Positions 61,109-64,000 of a stretch of 64,000 nt of DNA are shown piece by piece (position 1 is the stretch's first letter; each line of letters begins with the position of its first letter). The notes beneath the pieces were generated by a model. That model searched no databases and was not told the DNA's origin. It worked only from the letters and a program-made list of their open reading frames with translations. Source of the DNA: Deltaproteobacteria bacterium (GTDB taxonomy: Bacteria; Myxococcota_A; UBA9160; JAFDDA01). Made by a program: the position numbers and the translations under genes. Location: assembly GCA_019311105.1 (NCBI GenBank), contig JAFDDA010000018.1:14250-78249 (forward strand). Direction: 5' to 3'.

Positions 61109-63715
61109 ATGTCGTTCTTCAAGTCTGATGACGAGGGTGAAGAGACCGAGGGCACGCCCACGCCGGGGCGCCAGACCGCGCCGCTGCTGCCGCTGCGCGA
61201 CATCGTGGTCTTTCCTCACATGGTCGTGCCGCTCTTCGTGGGGCGCGCCAAGTCGATCCACGCGCTCGAAGAAGCCACCCAGGGCGATCGCCAGCTGCTG
61301 CTCGCGGCCCAGCGCGAGGCCACCGAAGACGAGCCGGGCGCCGAGGATGTCTATCGCGTCGGCACCCTCGGGACGATCATCCAGTTGCTGCGCCTGCCCG
61401 ACGGCACCGTGAAGGTGCTGGTCGAGGGCAAGTCGCGCGCCCGCATCAAGGAATTCATCCAGAGCGAGCCGCACTTCGCGTGCGAGATCGAGGTGATGGA
61501 GGAGAGCGACGAGGCCAGCGTCGAGAGCGAGGCGCTGGTTCGCAGCGTCCACGCGACCTTCGAGACCTACGTCAAGCTCAACAAGAAAGTGCCGCCGGAG
61601 ACGGTGAGCACCATCGCCGCGATCCAGACGCCGGCCCGCCTCGCCGACACCGTCGTCGCCCACCTGAACCTGCGCATCGAAGATCGCCAGCGGCTCCTCG
61701 AACTCACCGCTCCCGTCAAGCGCCTCGAAGAGGTCTACGGCCTGATGCAGGCCGAGATCGAGGTGATGGAAGTCGAGCGGAAGATCCGCGGCCGCGTCAA
61801 GAAGCAGATGGAGCGCTCCCAAAAGGAGTACTACCTGAACGAGCAGATGCGGGCGATCCAGAAGGAGCTCGGCGACCGCGACGAGGCCAAGAACGAGGTC
61901 GGCGAGCTCGAAGAGCAGCTCGCCAAGAAGTCGATGCCCGAGGAGGCCCGCACCCGCACCGAGAAGGAAATCGGCAAGCTCAAGATGATGTCGCCGATGT
62001 CGGCCGAGGCCACGGTCGTTCGGAACTACATCGACTGGATGCTGGCCCTGCCGTGGGACGAGTGCACCGACGCGAACGAGGACCTCGGCGAAGCCGAACG
62101 CATCCTCGACGAGGATCACTTCGGCCTCGAGAAGCCGAAGGAGCGCATCGTCGAGTTCCTGGCCGTCCAGAGCCTGGTCGAGACGATGAAGGGCCCGATC
62201 CTGTGCCTCGTCGGCCCGCCGGGTGTCGGCAAGACGTCCCTCGGCAAGTCCATCGCTCGGGCCACCGGGCGCGACTTCGTGCGCATCAGCCTCGGTGGCG
62301 TGCGCGACGAGGCGGAGATCCGCGGCCACCGGCGCACCTACATCGGGGCCTTCCCGGGCAAGATCATCCAGGGTCTGAAGAAGGCCGGGTCGAGCAACCC
62401 GATCTTCCTGCTCGACGAGGTCGACAAGATGAGTGTCGACTTTCGCGGCGACCCGTCGTCCGCGTTGCTCGAGGTGCTCGACCCCGAGCAGAACGACACG
62501 TTCAACGACCACTATCTCGACCTCGAATACAACCTCTCGAAGGTGATGTTCGTCTGCACGGCGAACAACCTGCACGAGATCCCGCGCCCGCTTCAGGACC
62601 GCATGGAGATCATCCAGCTCCCGGGCTACATCGAGAGCGAGAAGGCCCAGATCGCGCGCGACTACCTGGTGGCGAAGGAGCGCGAAGCGAACGGCCTGAC
62701 CGAGGAGCAGATCACCTTCACCGATTCGGCGATCCTCGAGATCATCCGCGGTCACACACGCGAGGCGGGCGTGCGGAGCTTGCAGCGGGAGATCGCGAGC
62801 ATCTGCCGCAAGGTCGCCCGCAACCTCGTGAAGCAGGGCGACGCCTACGAGAAGACGAAGGTCACGCCCGCGGCCGTGAAGAAGCTCCTCGGCGTGGCGA
62901 GGCACCGCTACGGGAAGAAGGAAGAGGAGAGCCTGGTCGGCGTCTGCACTGGCCTGGCCTTCACCGAGGTTGGCGGCGAGCTGCTGCAGACCGAGGTCTC
63001 GGCAACACCCGGCCGGGGCAAGCTCCAGGTGACGGGTCGCCTCGGCGAGGTCATGCAGGAGAGCGCCAACGCGGCCATGTCCTACGTGCGCTCGCGGGCC
63101 AAGCAACTCGGCCTCGCGCGTGACTTCTACTCGAAGGTCGACATCCACATCCACGTGCCCGAGGGCGCGACCCCGAAGGACGGCCCGTCCGCCGGCATCA
63201 CCATTGCCACGTCGATCTCCTCGGCGCTGACGGGCCTCCCCGTGCGCTCGAACGTCGCCATGACGGGCGAGATCACATTGCGCGGGCGCGTGCTCCCGAT
63301 CGGCGGCCTGAAGGAGAAGCTGATCGCGGCGCTGCGCGGCGGCATCGATACCGTGCTCGTCCCGAAGGACAACGAGAAGGATCTCAAGGACATTCCCACC
63401 AACGTGAAGCGCGGCCTCGACATCATCCTGGTCGACCACATGGACGAAGTCCTCGTCCGTGCACTCGAGCTCAGGGACCCGGGCCAACTCGAGCACGTCG
63501 GCGACCACAGCATCGACGAGATCTTCGAAGTCCCGCCCCCGGGCACCGACTGGCAAGGCGCGCAAGCGAAGGCGTACCCTGTGTACGTCGAGCGCAGCGC
63601 AACGCCGCCAGGCGTGCCCCTGCGAACTCGGGCGCGTAGCTCAGCTGGGAGAGCACCTGGTTTACACCCAGGGGGTCGGCGGTTCGATCCCGTCCGCGCC
63701 CACCACATGAGCTGA
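61109..63715 (+). CDS. lon: Lon protease (frame runs through the downstream tRNA)
   Basis: [40 protein letters not shown]; homology appears to end near 63550. Confidence 0.96.
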   Translation: MSFFKSDDEGEETEGTPTPGRQTAPLLPLRDIVVFPHMVVPLFVGRAKSIHALEEATQGDRQLLLAAQREATEDEPGAEDVYRVGTLGTIIQLLRLPDGTVKVLVEGKSRARIKEFIQSEPHFACEIEVMEESDEASVESEALVRSVHATFETYVKLNKKVPPETVSTIAAIQTPARLADTVVAHLNLRIEDRQRLLELTAPVKRLEEVYGLMQAEIEVMEVERKIRGRVKKQMERSQKEYYLNEQMRAIQKELGDRDEAKNEVGELEEQLAKKSMPEEARTRTEKEIGKLKMMSPMSAEATVVRNYIDWMLALPWDECTDANEDLGEAERILDEDHFGLEKPKERIVEFLAVQSLVETMKGPILCLVGPPGVGKTSLGKSIARATGRDFVRISLGGVRDEAEIRGHRRTYIGAFPGKIIQGLKKAGSSNPIFLLDEVDKMSVDFRGDPSSALLEVLDPEQNDTFNDHYLDLEYNLSKVMFVCTANNLHEIPRPLQDRMEIIQLPGYIESEKAQIARDYLVAKEREANGLTEEQITFTDSAILEIIRGHTREAGVRSLQREIASICRKVARNLVKQGDAYEKTKVTPAAVKKLLGVARHRYGKKEEESLVGVCTGLAFTEVGGELLQTEVSATPGRGKLQVTGRLGEVMQESANAAMSYVRSRAKQLGLARDFYSKVDIHIHVPEGATPKDGPSAGITIATSISSALTGLPVRSNVAMTGEITLRGRVLPIGGLKEKLIAALRGGIDTVLVPKDNEKDLKDIPTNVKRGLDIILVDHMDEVLVRALELRDPGQLEHVGDHSIDEIFEVPPPGTDWQGAQAKAYPVYVERSATPPGVPLRTRARSSAGRAPGLHPGGRRFDPVRAHHMS
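63630..63705 (+). tRNA. tRNA-Val (TAC)
   Basis: GGGCGCG acceptor strand, CCTGG-TT TAC AC-CCAGG, GGTTCGATCCC, CCA; 76 nt. Confidence 0.95.
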
Positions 63716-63767
63716 CACGATCGGCCTTGGCTCCCCACCTGTCGCCGCCCTCTTGTCCTCCACGTCG

Positions 63768-64000
63768 ATGGCGGCCTCGGCCGGCCCGTTCCTGAACGTG
63801 GGGCATCGCGGGTTCCCGGGCCGATTCCCCGAGAACACGTTGGTCTCGCAGGCCGCTGCATTCGCTGCGGGCGCCGACATGGTGGAGATCGATCTCCAGA
63901 AGTCGTCGGACGGCGCGGTCGTGATCCTGCACGACGACACGCTCGACCGGACCACCGACGGCGCCGGCCCGGTGGCCGACCACACGCTCGCCGAGTTGCA
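63768..64000 (+). CDS. Glycerophosphodiester phosphodiesterase (partial, runs off the window)
   Basis: VGHRGFPGRFPENTL, ADMVEIDLQKSSDG, ILHDDTLDRTT; start uncertain. Confidence 0.88.
   Translation, partial: MAASAGPFLNVGHRGFPGRFPENTLVSQAAAFAAGADMVEIDLQKSSDGAVVILHDDTLDRTTDGAGPVADHTLAEL

Overview
GC-rich bacterial chromosomal window with about 55 CDS and 3 tRNAs (Lys-CTT, Leu-TAG, Val-TAC). Gene content and order (tig-clpP-clpX-lon, amidase-rph-rdgB, PilT paralog, several ECF sigmas, histone-H1-like protein) suggest a deltaproteobacterial/Myxococcota-like organism; this is inference only. I see no integrase, transposase, cas gene or true CRISPR array. The most notable items are: (1) a ddl-like ATP-grasp ligase, a KamA-family radical-SAM aminomutase with an altered substrate residue, MurJ and a 5-oxoprolinase in one run, divergent from vanZ-abgT, which may be an undescribed beta-amino-acid peptide or cell-envelope pathway; (2) a TetR-controlled type II fatty-acid operon (FabL-like, FabH, FabA, FabG, FabZ, FabF, ACP, acyltransferase, PPTase) that ends in a 1856-aa single-chain biotin carboxylase and lacks fabD; (3) 34-35 bp tandem duplications that copy stop/start junctions and create mini-ORFs, plus a 33-bp hairpin array; (4) a histidine kinase lacking its phospho-acceptor His, encoded next to the PilT-like ATPase; (5) back-to-back ECF sigmas with matching GTAACC-N16-CGTA promoters; (6) two VWA paralogs, one fused to a trypsin-like domain lacking the catalytic Ser; (7) several small lesions that may be real or assembly errors. 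All functional calls come from motif recognition by eye; no database searches were run.
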